Assembly (NCBI RefSeq): GCF_024521635.1
Contig: NW_026250405.1
Coordinates: forward strand, 558,001 to 622,000
Source: Tricharina praecox
Lineage: Eukaryota
DNA length: 64,000 bases
Direction: 5' to 3'
The notes below the pieces were generated by a model, which searched no databases, was not told where the DNA came from, and worked only from the letters and a program-made list of their open reading frames with translations. The position numbers were made by a program, and so were the translations under genes. The number at the start of each line of letters is the position of its first letter. The stretch's first letter is position 1. Positions 36,943 through 50,887 of this stretch are shown here, one piece after another.

Positions 36943-39821
36943 ATGGCCTCCGTCCAGAAATCCGCTCCGGGAAAAGAGACGACCGCGCACAATAGCTCTA
37001 TAGCTCGTCTTGCAGCTGTGAGTAATTCCCAGCACGCGTTACTCTACCACCGCCATTCACGCCTAACGGAGTCCAGGCCGCAGAATCCCGCGCCGACGCG
37101 TTCCACGCAGACGGCAACTGCTCCGCAGCACTACAAGCAGCGATCCAAGCGGCCGAGCTCTACATCCGCGCGGGGCGCGAGACCTCGCAGCAGTCAGACA
37201 AGCAGCTGCTGGATCGGAAGTGTTCCGCGGTGCTGGCAAAGGCGGAGGGGTGGAAGAAGGTGATCGCGGGGGAGAAGTCGAAGGGGGAGGAGCTACAGCC
37301 AAAAGTGGGCCTAGCAGCTTCGCCGTCGCAGCCACCGAGCAGACCCCCGCGGAAGCGGCCGACGCCGAAGGTGACCAGGGCGTTAAGCGTCAAGGAGCAG
37401 ACGGTGCTGCTCAAGTCGAGTAAAATCAACGGCGGGGTGTTTCCGCCGTGGAAGGGACCACCGGCGCCAGCAGAGTTTGCGGGTGCGCCGTTTCAGTAAG
37501 TCGAGATTCGAGGCGGCGGTGGAGTGGGCGGATGTGGCTGACTGTGCGGAGAGACCCGGCAGGAATGCTGCAGTTATCAGATTTGCAAAAGACTATACTC
37601 GACGATTGGAAGCGGCCACATGAGATTTGTGAGAATGCGAGGATACTGCCCGGGGAAGATGAAATCGTAGATCTTACGCAGGATGTTATCACCGACTGCT
37701 CGGTTGTTGCGAGCTTGTGCTCCGGCGTTCGGAGGGAAGAGAAGGGGTTCGGACAGGCGTGTTATTCTCGCTATTGGAGAATTGGATGGGAGTGCTGACA
37801 GTTGACAGACAATTATTAATATATTGTACCCCCAAGACGATAAAGGACGGCCGGTGGTCAGCCCCTCCGGAAAGTACATAGTGAAGCTCTTCTTCAATGG
37901 GTGTTACCGCAAGGTCGGTCGGGCTTTATCCAACACTGCGGAAATCATATAACTCATACTGGTGTAGGTCATAATAGACGACTATCTCCCCGTCTCCAAG
38001 TCCGACCGATCCTTATACGTTACCTGTCGTAGAAACCCTACGGTGTTCGCTGCCGCTCTCATCGAAAAGGCATACCTTAAAATCATGGGAGGCTATGATT
38101 TTCCAGGCTCAAATTCAGGCACTGATCTACTGGCTTTAACGGGATGGATTCCGGAGCATGTGTTCCTCCAGTCAGATGAAGTGGTACTCAGTGCGTTGTG
38201 GCGACGGATGGTGGGTGCTTGGACTACTGGTGACGTTTTGATAACATTGGGGACCGGCCGTTTGACGACGCGAGAGGAAACGGAGCTGGGTTTGATTGGT
38301 GAACACGATTATGCTGTCCTTGATATGAAGGAAGAAGATGGTGATAGGTTCATGCTGGTCAAGAATCCGTGGTCCGAGGGAACGGTCTGGAGGGGTGCGC
38401 CCACGGATGACGACGATGAAAAAGATGAGCCTTATGACTTCGATGCACCGAGTCCATGTTCGTCGGAGGATGGGCTGGATATGAAAGACGTCAAAGATGC
38501 ATTGCCTTCTAGGGAACCACTGCAACCCGGCGTCTTTTGGATATCTTTGGAAAATGTTTTTCGAAACTTCGCAAGCTTATATCTGAACTGGAACCCGACG
38601 CTCTTCACCAGGCTCTATGAATCACATTTCTCGTGGGATCTCTCCACAAAGGTATCCGAAACTTCGTTTGGCCAAAACCCACAGTTTTCCATCTCGAATC
38701 CTTCGTCCACTGCTGGGCCGGTATGGATCATTCTCTCGCGCCACTTGGGTCTATCGAATACTGCCGACGAAGGAGTGATTAATAACGGCTTCATTTCGCT
38801 CTACCTTTTCGATGCAGCTGGACGACGGGTTTACCTATCCTCTCCTAGTATTCATCGTACTCCGTACGTCGACTCGCCACAGACTCTCCTGTCGCTCGAC
38901 AATTTCCCGGCAGGCGAAAACTATACACTCGCGGTATCATCACAAGACCTCTCACCCACCACCCACAGTTTCTCCCTGATGATATACTCATTGTCCACGC
39001 TCACCATCAATCCCGTTGCCGAAACATACCCATATTCACTGGTGCTTTCTTCAGCATGGACCGATTCCACGGCCGGCGGAAACGCCCACTCTCCGGAATA
39101 CCCGAAGAACCCACAGTTCGTGATCACGCTACCTACGCAAGCTGCCAGCCTTGCCCTGCTCCTCGAAACACCCTCGCCACACCCAGTACACGTGAAACTG
39201 GTGTACTCCAAGGGTGAGCGAGTGGCCGCGGTGACCACTCGCGAAATCGTGGCCGAGAGCGGAGAATACAAGCGCTCCACCGCTCTCGCCACGACATCCG
39301 ACCTGCCCCCGGGAAAATACACCGTCGTCGCGAGTACCTTCGAGTCGGGACAGCTCGGCGCATTTAAGATCACTCTTCTCACCACAGCTTCGACCGCCAC
39401 ATTTAGTGAGCTCCCTTCCGAAACTGCCGGGTGCTTCGAAACAGTGGTTAAGGGAGTATGGCCGCCCGGAAGGACCAAACTGGTCTGGCCCATGGATGTG
39501 GGGCGGTTCATGGGGCTGTGGGTGAAAGCGAGGAGTGTTGCTGCTATTAAATTGACGGTGTTTGGAGCTATTCGCCAGCCGCATGAGGTGGAGGCGGATG
39601 CTCTCGTGGCACAGAGTGGAGGCGGCGCGTTTGTGGATCTACCAATGGGGGTCAGGACGACAAAGACGCATCTGGAATGGATTGATGGCGGGTATATAAT
39701 TGTTCTGGAGCGGCTGGGGAGCAAGGGCGGTGAGCCGTGGGAGATTACCGTGGTTAGCGAGGGAACGCTATGGGTGGGCGAGGAGATGGACCTCGATGAT
39801 GATGATATCGAAGAAGAGTGA
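36943..39821 (+). CDS. palB: Calpain-like cysteine protease of the ambient pH (Pal/Rim) pathway
   Basis: Five exons (introns about 37018-37076, 37496-37551, 37757-37808, 37914-37967); MIT-like AIQAAELYIRA; catalytic QDVITDCSVVASLC, GEHDYAV, KNPW; GGYDFPGSNS; C-terminal calpain III domains (AGGN..SPEYPKNPQF). Confidence 0.93.
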
Positions 39822-40524
39822 GCTCGGGGTGGAATGAGCACGAGCATCCCATTCAGCTGCATAGGGACTTAGGAATTAAACAAAGCCGAGCCGTGTCTAC
39901 CCGTACTTACCGATTTGATTGTCTTTCCAATACCCATGCTGATTTTGTGCCTCCGTCACTCGGAGTGGCATGGCGCCGGTGCCCATGCGACCACCGCCGA
40001 TAATTGATTGCATATCAAGAAGATCACTATGGCTACGGAAGATCAATAAGTCCGGCTATCAGCGATCTCACTCCCCCACGCTTTCGCCCAGCCACAGCCG
40101 CGACCGCATCCGCCGGTCCAGACCCTATCTCGTCTTGCAGTGGCCCTGCCCGCAGCCGACGTACATTTCTTGGGCCCTTCTAGGATGTTGACCACAGCTT
40201 CCAGATTCGGCAGATCTCCGACTGGCTCGTGCCTGACATGGCCGTTATATGTTACACAGGATCCGTGTATCAAGTGCAGGCTCCCTTCCAATTCGCCATA
40301 TCAAGATGCGGAACCGGCCATTGTATCTTGGCCGCCGTATGGGAGCAAGTGCGATTGAGATCAACGTTTACTTGCATGAATACGGGCCATCCAGCTGGTG
40401 TGTTCCCGCGCACCCAGCCGGTCCTTTTCCCCTCCGATGAACAATTGTATGTAGATAAACAGACGGCTATAACCCCGTCCAGCTGCGATTTTCCCATTCC
40501 CTCCACCTCAAGTTTGAAGCCACC

Positions 40525-42270
40525 ATGATCTTGCCCGCGCTCCCGCTCCTCCAGCTGCTGCTGCTGCTTTCCGCCTTCCCAGCGGCCCTGGGACAAAAGG
40601 ATCCCCGGCCGCTCGTCGACTCCTCCAAGCTCCGGCGGCAGCTGACTCGCAGTGCGCTCCTCTCACACGCGCACAAGCTCAGCTCCTTCGCCTTCGCGCG
40701 CGGCGCGGGCGGCAACCGCGGCTTCGGCGGGCCGGGACACAACGCAACGATCAACTACGTGCACGACCTCGTCGCCGCCACCGGCGCATATGACGTGTAC
40801 CTGCAGCCGTTCGCGGAGCGGTACGCGGCGGCGAATGGGTCCTTCGCTGTCGACGGCGAGGACGTGCTGTTCTATCCATCCCGCGGCTCGCCGAGGGCTC
40901 GAGGGATGAAGGCGCTGCTGGCGCAAGTGCGAGGCGAGGGGTGTACTGCCGATGATTATCCGCCCGATGTTGAGGGGAAGATCGTGCTGTTCATGCGCGG
41001 GAATTGCACGGTCACCCAGAAGAGCAACTTGGCGTTCCAGGCCGGCGCCGTGGGCTGTATCATCTACAACGTCCGTCCCCTCCCCCTTAGTCCGGTGCGG
41101 TGCTGACTCCCCGCTGCTATAGAGCGTCCCCGGCACCGTCCTCGATGGCCGCCTCCTTTCTGTGCCCAACATCGTGCCGACGGGGGCGATCTCGCTTTCC
41201 GACGGCCTGGAGCTGATTGAGCAACTGGCAGCGGGGGAGAAGCTGGTCGGCGAGCTGGATATCGACTCGTTCGCCGAGGACCGTGTCTCGTACAATGTCA
41301 TCGCCCAGACTAAGAGCGGAGATCCCAACAAGGTCGTCGTCGTAGGCGCGCATTCGGATTCGGTGCCGCTGGGCCCTGGTGAGTTTACTTCGCCGGCGGA
41401 TATAGGTAGGTACGCATACATGTATTGACAGCCCGGTAGGCATAAATGATAACGGAAGTGGAACGATTGGTATTTTGGAGCTGCTGCTTAAGTTGAAGGA
41501 TTTCAAACTGTGAGTACTTATGTACTTATTCATAGAGTATCACTCGGCTGATTGGGCGCACAGCAAAAATGCTGTACGGTTCTGCTGGTTCTCTGCCGAA
41601 GAATTTGGCCTACTCGGCGCGCACCGCTACGTTGAGAACCTGACGCCAGAGGAAAATCTCAAGATTGCCATGTACATAAACTCCGACATGTAACTACCCC
41701 TCGCCCTCTCACCCTCTAAATCACCGCAACTAACCGCCGCCACCTAGGATCGGCTCTCCCAACTACGTACTTAGCGTATACGACGGCGACGGCAGCGCCT
41801 TCAACCTTTCCGGGCCTGCCGGAAGCGCCGAGATCGAGGACACGCTGACCTCATACTTCACCTCAGTGGGGCGGCCCTCTGTCCCAACCGCGTTCACGGG
41901 GCGTAGCGACTACGGCCCGTTCCTGACTGCGAACATCCCGTCGGGCGGGCTATTCACCGGCGCCGAAGGCATCAAGACGCGCGAAGAGGCGGCGCTCTTT
42001 GGCGGAAAGGCCGGCGAGCCGTATGATGCTAACTATCACCAGCCTGGCGATACCGTTAGGAATCTGGACCTTGGAGCACTGGTGGAAAATACTAAGGCCA
42101 TTGCGTGGCTGGTCGCGAAGTATGGTAGGAGTCTGGAGGGATTTCCGAGGAGGACGCTGCCGAGGGAGAGGGATAGGTGGGCGGCGGCGGAGTGGACCGA
42201 GGGAACGCACGGGAAGTTCGCGAGCCATGATCACGCGGCTGAGGGCGGGTGTGGGGATGGTCTCTATTAG
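40525..42270 (+). CDS. Secreted/vacuolar M28 aminopeptidase with PA domain (aminopeptidase Y / Lap2-like)
   Basis: Signal peptide; PA domain (GKIVLFMRGNC); spliced motifs GAHSDSV, GINDNGSG, SAEEFGLLG, NSDMIGSPN, RSDYGPF, NYHQPGD; four introns. Confidence 0.92.
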
Positions 42271-45200
42271 GTGCCTATTTAGGTACGTAGTGGACATGTG
42301 AACGGTTATGTAGACTCTATGTAGAGAACGAAGTGTTTGTAAAACTCCGACCGACCGGCCAATCGTGAAACAGCAAGGCGGAAAAGGCGGAAAGGGCTCC
42401 AGCACGGACCACACCTTACCTCGCCCTTACCCCCCGGTACACAGGCGTCCTCCACTGTCCAGGCCAGCTGACGTAGAGTACATACGACTTTGCGACCGGT
42501 ACGGCACCACGTAGAGTACCTCCCAACCTCCCTACCTACTCGTATATATGTACATGGTACATATGCGGAATCGTGTCGGCTCGTTGGAGATCTGGAGCGG
42601 AGTATATCGAAGTCGTTACGATACGTACCGGGGGGTGGTCTATACCATACATACGTCGAAAAGCTCCCTCGCAGCTCCCAACTGGACGAACCGTCGCTGC
42701 AGGGAGGGCCCGCAGATACAGATCTAGACCGGCGACCCCAAGGGGGAAAAAGGTCGGCCGGTCAGAAGTCTCGTCTCGTCTGCGCGTTAGTTGTGTATGT
42801 AGATGCGCTCCTGCGCTAACTGGTTAACTAGAGTACAGCCTTTCCGGGACGCCCACGTAGGGTTGCTAGACCGCTAGTACCTTGCATCTGGCGCATGCGA
42901 GGTGAGTTAACTAGGTGGTGGCCAGTGGCCACTGGCACATATGATAGGCATAAAATATCCAATTATCTACATGCCTACCACGTTTATTTCCTGCAGCAGT
43001 GCAGCTTGCGTCGAAGTGATTCTCTCTCCCCCCTACATATAAGAAAGGAGGCTGGAGGGCTGGAGGAGTGTGCGGACTGGGACTGGATGTCATCCGTGTT
43101 CCGTATGTACCGTTTCAGTTTTGTCTCTGACATTAAGCAGATGCTCTGTATTTTTTTTTGCTGAGCAGGATGCTCGCTCGGAGGTATGTACTCGGAGGTA
43201 TGTAGGAAGCTATGCGGTGGCATGTCATCCACTCCCGTATGAGGTATGTATAATGTATAGTAAATATTGGTCCTCCGAGCTACTCCAGTATGTACGAGGT
43301 AGGTACTCAGCATCTACTATATCTATCCGGGACTGTCCCAGTGCCTCTCGCCCTCGATTTCGCCCACCAAGAAGAAACCAAAGTCACGATCACACCAGTG
43401 GACACATCACACACGCAGTCCCCCCCCCCCCCCCCCCCCCCCCAGCGGCCCGCTCCGTAAAGTACCGTAATCAGCCTTTCCCCGTGTGATGGTGTGAGTG
43501 GGGAATCTATCGGTTGGGCGGTATTTCCACTACGAAACTTTGGACGTTGAACGTCATCCATCCTACTATGTTCGTCCTGTACTATTCACTCTATCGTGCG
43601 TACGTGCGGCGTGCGTATGTGCAGGCGATGTGGATACCGGTGAAAGGACGCCCCAACAGCCAATACCCAATACCCAACACCTCTACTCTACTCTATTTTG
43701 TGTATCCGCATTGAGTAAACCTCGTCAATGAGTTGAGTTGAGTTGAGTTGAACCTCCGGCCCACCGGGTGTGGTGGTGGTGCTATCCAAGTACTCAGTAT
43801 CTACTCTATTCACGGTCGACGGCGGCGGCGGCGATCGATACCTCGCAGCCACGACCGCCCACCACCCCCCATCCACTTACACACTCGGAGAAAAAAAGCC
43901 ACCTGCATGCCGGCAGTTTTTTTCTTTCTGGCCCACCCCAGTGCATCCTACCCAGTGCACCCGGGGCCATGGTTGATGGGTTGACTATCGATCATGGCCA
44001 CGACTCACGCACGGCGTAGTAACGACTAGTAGACCTGGATATGTGTACCGCGATTTCTGGATTAATCTGGGGGGGGAGGGTTGGTGAGTGGGTCCGTGGG
44101 TACCTCAGTTTTTTAACCAATTACAGGCACACCTATTATAAAGGATTTCTTTACCGTCGTAATTCGGCCGGATCCAGTTTTTTTGGTGTTTTTTGTCGTT
44201 AACTTGTACATGCAGTATGCTGCGAAGTCGCTCGCTGGCCCCTCGGACCCCACAACTGTCCAACTGTCCAACTGTCTGGAGAGACCAATCTCTATCTACT
44301 ATATCTACTCTACTGTATCTCTGACAAGCATGACTGCATGTGATCGTGATGCGATGTATAGTAGAAGTGGAGTATGACGTCCATCATCTTTCCCAAATCC
44401 CCGGTGAGGAAAAATAAAGAAATAAAAACAGATATAAAATATGAAGCTCAATAGTCGTCCGTCAGAGTACCTAGATTTCGTCGCGCCTACATAGTGGAGT
44501 ACTTTGAAACCCGATTTGCAAAAACAAATTTTTTAAAATCGAAAGATACATGTAGCCACAGGTGGTGAGCCCAGTACTCCAATTAATCACAATTGTCCAC
44601 ATGAAGGCGCAAAAAAGCTCAAAAAAACGGTGGGCGGTGGTACGTGCTTGCCGTAATTCCCATGCATAACAAGAGGTGTCCCCACCAGCTAACAAGTAAC
44701 CACTCATATGTTCCTCTCACAAGTACCTACATGATTAAAACCCCAGTGCTAGTGGTCCCGACATTGCGGTACCCCATAGCCTTCTGCCACAGAATACATA
44801 GAATCATTATTTTTTTCCGAACGGCGCCTTGGACCACGACGTCAAGCGTCTCCCCCGCGTGCCGGTGCGAGAGCCACACTCTACTAGTACCAGTATCTCT
44901 ACTGGTGTCTATTGGCTGCCTGTCGTCCTCAATTCGCGCAGAAAATATGGCTAGTATCTGATGACCAGCTTTGGATTCTTTTCTTGTCGCCTTCTCGCCT
45001 TCTCGCCTCCTTATATTCCTTATATTGAATGTTGCAACGTGTATCCGTCGACTCGCCCGCTCGCCCGCGAGCGAGTGATGGTGGTGTTCGAGCCATAGCT
45101 CCATAGCTCCATAGCTGGGTAGCTCCATACTATAGGTAGCTCCATCATAGCTCCATCATAGGTACATAGGGGCCAACCATCCAGTGGCTTGCCGCCGGCA

Positions 45201-46782
45201 ATTAATAACTACTAACTACTATAGTCTATATTCCGAAGCGTGGCGTAGGCGGATACGTAGCCTTATGTTTAATATCACCTATGGCCGCCTGCTGTTACTG
45301 TGGCTGCGTATGGTTGCGGTTTTCCGACCACTGACCACTGACCACCGCTGGAGGGAAAGGCGGAACGTCCTGGGTTTGGTCAGGAAACCGCGCAGTATAC
45401 TGCTGGTGGAGTGAGAGGTGAGAGATGCGAAGGTGATTAATGCCACGGGGAACGTGGAGTGTGCGGAGAGGACGTGTCGTGTTCTTGCTCGTCTCTTGTG
45501 GTAGATACTGTGTACATCTAGGGAATAGGGGAGGGGGGAGGAGGAGGCAGATGATAGGGGACAGATGATGAGGGAGAAGTCTTCCCGCGGGGAAGGATCA
45601 TCGGCGGATATTTTGACTTCCATCTTTTTTTTGTATGTTTCGAAAGGGATAGGAAAGGAGAAACTGTACCGTGGCTGGTGGACTGTATAGTTCAAGGCGG
45701 GGAGGTAAGAAAAACGTTGTTTCCCGCTGTTCTTTTTTTTCTCGTTCGTTCATTGATTGCGTGCGACCTATCTAGATCATGGCAATGTCTACCCGTTCAC
45801 ACCCCCCCCCCCCCCCCCGTTTCTCCGCCAGTTGTTTCCCGCTGGACGCATATTGATATCGTATCACGGCATAAAAAAACGTATTTGACCGTACTGATAC
45901 GATATCACTAGCATTTTCTTAAAGATACGTGAGCACTACCATTTTGTTTTACCCCCTTGACTGTACAGTAACTACTCTGATGTGAGAAGGTTCGCATGAT
46001 TTGCGGAGGATAAAGCTCGTGAGACCTTTCGCAGTGATAGCCCTGGATGCCTCGCTCTCCGTGGTCGTTAAGAGTGTTGTACTCCTGCGGGAGATAGAGC
46101 GAGAACTCCGTAGTGTATCCAGAGCAAAAGTCAGAATGTGAAAATTGTGGTTATGGATGAAGTTTCCGCGTGTATCGACACTCCCCAGCTCGTCAGTCTG
46201 CACAGCACGACCCAAGCCACCCAAACCACCCAAATCACGCAAGCACGACCAATCACGCCCTGCCCGAAGAGACAAGAGAACGATCGACGTATGTTCAAAC
46301 CAGCCAATAGTGGAGCCCCGCCCCCATACATCGCGAAACCCGCCACGGATGGATTCTATGGATTCTAGATCTGTTTCGCCGGGGGATGCTGCTGGCGATG
46401 CTACTGGCGATCCCATACTACCTACCATACTATCGGGCCCTGCACGAAATCCCCCGCGCGCCGCCAGCATTCCTAGTATATTCCTAGTATACATCTACTC
46501 TTCATACTCTACTTACTTACTTACATGATGCATACTTTCGGGGGTAGCCCCGAGACTGAATTCCCCGTGCTATCCTAGGAGAGAGAGAGAAATCTTCCTG
46601 TTTTATTTCGCATGCAGCCTATCTAGACTATGGCGAATAGTTTTGTGCCATCCCAGGGAAAAACCCGCCCGGATTCGATTCGAGTGCGAGTGCGGCAGTG
46701 TGATCAAGCCAGCCAGTCGGTCGGTACTCTATGGCACTGGGCACTGCGGCGTTCAACCGAAACGCAGTACGTGTTCGCTCAC

Positions 46783-46820
46783 TCAGTCAGTCAGTCAGTC
46801 AGTCAGTCAGTCAGTCAGTC
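46783..46820. repeat. (CAGT)n microsatellite
   Basis: Directly visible. Confidence 0.9.
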
Positions 46821-48062
46821 GGTAGGTCAGTTAGTCAACGATGGATGATGTGGCAACTCTGTGCGTGCGTTTCTCTTTCTCGATAGGATATAGGATATAG
46901 GATAGGCGAGGCCTATCACTAACTATCAACCTGCCAACCTGCCAACCTGCCGCCGCCGTCGGGAACATGTGGTCCGTGAGTACTGTATGTAGGAAGGAAG
47001 AGAGGAAGGGAGAAAGAAAGAAAGTGGCTCACCACCAGGCACCACCACCAGTGTCTGGAGGACAACCACCACCACCACCACCACCACCACCACCACCACA
47101 GCGACGACGACGACGACGACGACATACCGGCTCCCTGTCGGCGATCACCAGTTTCATTGATTAGATGTTTCATTGTCTGGTTGTCTAGTTGTCTGGTTGT
47201 CTGGTGCTGGATGTTGCTGGATCGTGCCCGTGCACGGTCGAAACGGATGGCGAGGTCTAAGCCACCTGGGAGTCGGGACGGAGCATCGTGGGAAAGCATG
47301 GATGAGTAGAGTACCTAGTGCCGTATCAACCCGTAGGCTGTGCCACGCCGACGGGAGGAGGAGGAGGAGTACTCACGCCTTCCCCCTCCCTCTCTGACGC
47401 CACAACCGTTGATCCGAGCAGATGATAGATCCGCCATCGTGCAAGAAACGACGATGGACCGCCCTGCCTCCCAGAGCAGAGCATGGTCTGCTGCCTGTGC
47501 TGCCTGTGCTGTCCCTGCTGCCTGTGCTGCCCCTGCTGCCCCTGCTGCCTTTCCCGGCCGGCCGCCCTTCACCCTTCACCTTTACCGCACAAGGCTGCCG
47601 GAATTTTTCCCGCAACGAGCTAGCTAAACTAAGTACCTGGCTGCCATGCACCCACCGGGCCACCGTACGGAAGGTGTCCCGTCCCGGGCCTAAAACGATC
47701 TCCCCCCCCCCCCCCCCCCACCGACCCAGTAGATTATCCGATGACGGGGCGATCCGCAAGTGGTTCTTCGCATGGCATGGCATGGCATGGTATGGTATGG
47801 CAGCCTGGCATGCGGGCGTACGGTGGGCGTACGTACGGCGGGCGTACGGCGGGACGTTGCGACAAAGGGTAGGATGTATGTAGGTAAGTGAGTACTATGC
47901 AAGAAGCATGTAGCTACCCAGCCAGATAGACAGTCCCAACAGACCAGTCCGCCCCCAGGATTGTGCGCCATGATCACCTCCGTGCGTGCCAAAGAAACCC
48001 ACCGACCCACCGATCAGGAGAAAGGAAAGGAAAAATCACTCAAGATCGCACACAGCACGGAC

Positions 48063-48125
48063 GTAGAGTAGGTAGAGTAGGTAGAGTAGGTAGAGTAGGT
48101 AGAGTAGGTAGAGTAGGCAGAGTAT
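48063..48125. repeat. (GTAGAGTAG)n 9-bp tandem repeat
   Basis: About 6-7 copies visible. Confidence 0.9.
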
Positions 48126-50762
48126 GTAGGTACCTGCCTGATGAATGTACGGTACGATACGGTACGCATGCCATGCATCCTGCAGACGAACTGTCAATAG
48201 CCGTCGCCCATGTCCCTGCCATACCGGGCCTAGTCCTCAAGGGTACACATAGAGTAGGTAATGGATGGCATTGCACCTGCTGCTGCTGCTGAGGCGGCTG
48301 CTGGGGCCGCCAGTATGATCGCTCTGTGTCGTCTCCGCATCCCCAGGACATCCGTCTCCCTAGCCTTAGTTTTGAGTTAGGTTCTGGCCCTGGCTCTGGC
48401 GCCCATGATCGATGACGCAGGAGGGAGGGTGGGTGTTCCTGTGTTCCTGTGTCCGGCAATCGCCAATCGCATCGGTTTCCCCGATGTCACGCCGGCAGTC
48501 CGTCCAAGCGGACAAACAGGTACAATACATACCACAACTACCTCTAGCTCCTCGGGGGTAAGGGGGGTTCCACACAACAGTACATACCTTCGGGCCACCT
48601 CGAATCACCCCGAGGAGTGGAGTTGAGTTCTCCCCTCCCTCCGATGTGGCTGACAGCGAGGACTCTGCTCTGCTCGAGGAGGAACAACAACGCAACGCAA
48701 AGGGGGCCCATCTCTAGCCGCCTCCTCCCCTCTAGCCCTTGCTCCAATCGCGCGCAGCCATGTTTGACGGGTACATGCAGCAGATAGAGTATAGTGGGTA
48801 GGTGTGGACCGGTTCCTGTGGTTGACTGTGGACAAAGGGGGGGAGGAGAAAAAGCTGGTGAGTTTCAGCTTTCGACGAGATCGACAGGACAGACAGACAG
48901 CCCGCAGTAGTTAGTCCGACAACCGACGTATGTAGGTGTGTACAGTATGTACATTGTACAGGGTGGCATCCAATGCTTTGAGATGGACGCACGTAATGTG
49001 TGATGGTCGAAACATCGAGCTTCCGTTGCGATGCCGCGACTGCGACTGCGACTGCGACGTGAAGCTGTAGGTAGGTAAAGTATACGCTTTTCTCCCTCAA
49101 CTCACCGAAGGCCGTAGTGGGTCAGCCGGTCGGGAGGAGACGGAAAGGGCAGCCTGGACGATGGCCCAGCGGCGGGGGGGGGGGGGGGGGGGGATGAACG
49201 TTGTTGTCCTGTCCCGTTTCCCACCACTGACCGGATACCGAATTCGGTTGGGCGGACTCCAAATTCCAATTATGGACACACGGTGAATCGATCGTGGACT
49301 TTTCTTTTCTTTCCGCGGCGATTTTTTATCCGCAAGGCTCGTCTGCTGCTACTATGTACAGCTGTCGGCGTAGGAGACCGACGGGGGGGGGGTGGGGGGT
49401 GGGGGGGAAGTACTTGCCAGGAACCCGAACAGAACAGAACTTGTCACCCCCGTCCATCCAATAGACACCGACTGACTTGCCAAAAGCAATTCGGCGAAGG
49501 AGGAAGCAGCAATTCTTGGCGGCCCTCCCCCTCCGTCTCCCGCACCCAATCCTCCACCACCCCATCCTCCACTTCGTCCTCCCCCTCCCCCCTACCCCCC
49601 TGTCCCCATGTCACCAGGCAGCCTGCGTGGACGGCGCATCCACCCACCATCCCACCATGCAACCTGAACCTGACCCGAAGAGATGAAAGGCTTCTAGAAA
49701 CAATACGGGACCTTCCATGCTTCCATGCTTCCGTTCGTCTGGGCTGCCACGCCACGGTGCCTCTGGGCTAATGCACGGAATCTGGATGTGCAGCCCCTAC
49801 CTACCAGCCAGCCCATCCAGCCCAGCCAGAGTGCTGTGCAGAAAGAAAGTGTTCTGTCTGTTCCTCCGCCGTCCCCCCTGCATGCGCCGTGCGGGCCCAC
49901 CACTGTGTGTAGTGGTGGTGGCCCTGGTGGGGCGGGCCCTCCTTCTTTTCTTTCTTTTATGTAGCCTTGCTTTTGGGGGGGGGGGGGATTAGCCTTGTGC
50001 CTCCTGCTCAACGGCCGTAATCATCATCAGCAGCAGCAGCAGCAGCAGTAACCACCTTCGCATCGTCGTCCCCGTGGGCCAAACGACCGACGACCGGCGC
50101 GCCCCTCATGGAACAGAACTCGCCAGACTCAGCAGTCAGCACACCGCGAACCCGCTCGCGGGGATGCCGGCAGACCCCCCCTCGCTCATAGTTTCCCACC
50201 GACCTAGTCAATCCTCCTCGTCGTCTCGCATGCACGATCGATGGTCGTTCAGCGGTGTGTCTCTGTGTGTGTGTGATGTGTCAACGTGTCCTGCGCCGCG
50301 GTTGGCTGGCCTTACCAAGGCTGAGGCCGGGACAGCGACAGGGGCAGCGACCTGCATGGCCGTACCTGCTGCTCCTGCTGCTTAATGCTTCCACTGATGT
50401 TCTAGAAGCTTTTGCCTTTGCCGGGATGTCTTTCTTCTTCCTCTGCTTCTTCTTCTTCTGCTGCTGCTGCAGTGCGGTCCAGTCCACTCAGTCAGAAAAG
50501 AAATGAAAAGAAAAGCAAAAGCAAAGAAAAAAGGAACACCCCCACAAGAAAAAGCGTTGGCCCAACCAACCCAAACCGCCGGCCCTTTCCTGTGTTGTGT
50601 GTGTGTGGTGTGTGGAACGACGCACATCCACGACGTCCCACATCCCACCACACATCCCACCGCAGACCGACCGCTAGTTTACTGGTCCTACCGCGACAGA
50701 CAGCGTTAACATTAACAACTGCTTGTCGGTTGTCGGTTTCGCCGTTTTTGAAATTATTATTT

Positions 50763-50887
50763 GAGAGAGAGAGAGAGGGAGAGAGAGAGAGAGAGAGGGA
50801 GAGAGAGGGAGGGAGAGAGAGAGAGAGAGGGAGAGAGAGAGAGAGAGGGAGAGAGAGAGAGAGAGAGGGAGGGAGAGGGAGAGGGAG
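50763..50887. repeat. Interrupted (GA)n purine tract
   Basis: About 125 bp of pure purine sequence. Confidence 0.95.

Noticed and set aside
30956..39862. Long antisense ORFs (30956-31750, 32650-33657, 38921-39862)
   Set aside because: Shadows of GC-rich codon usage in ANT1, DUF3431 and palB; no recognisable motifs.
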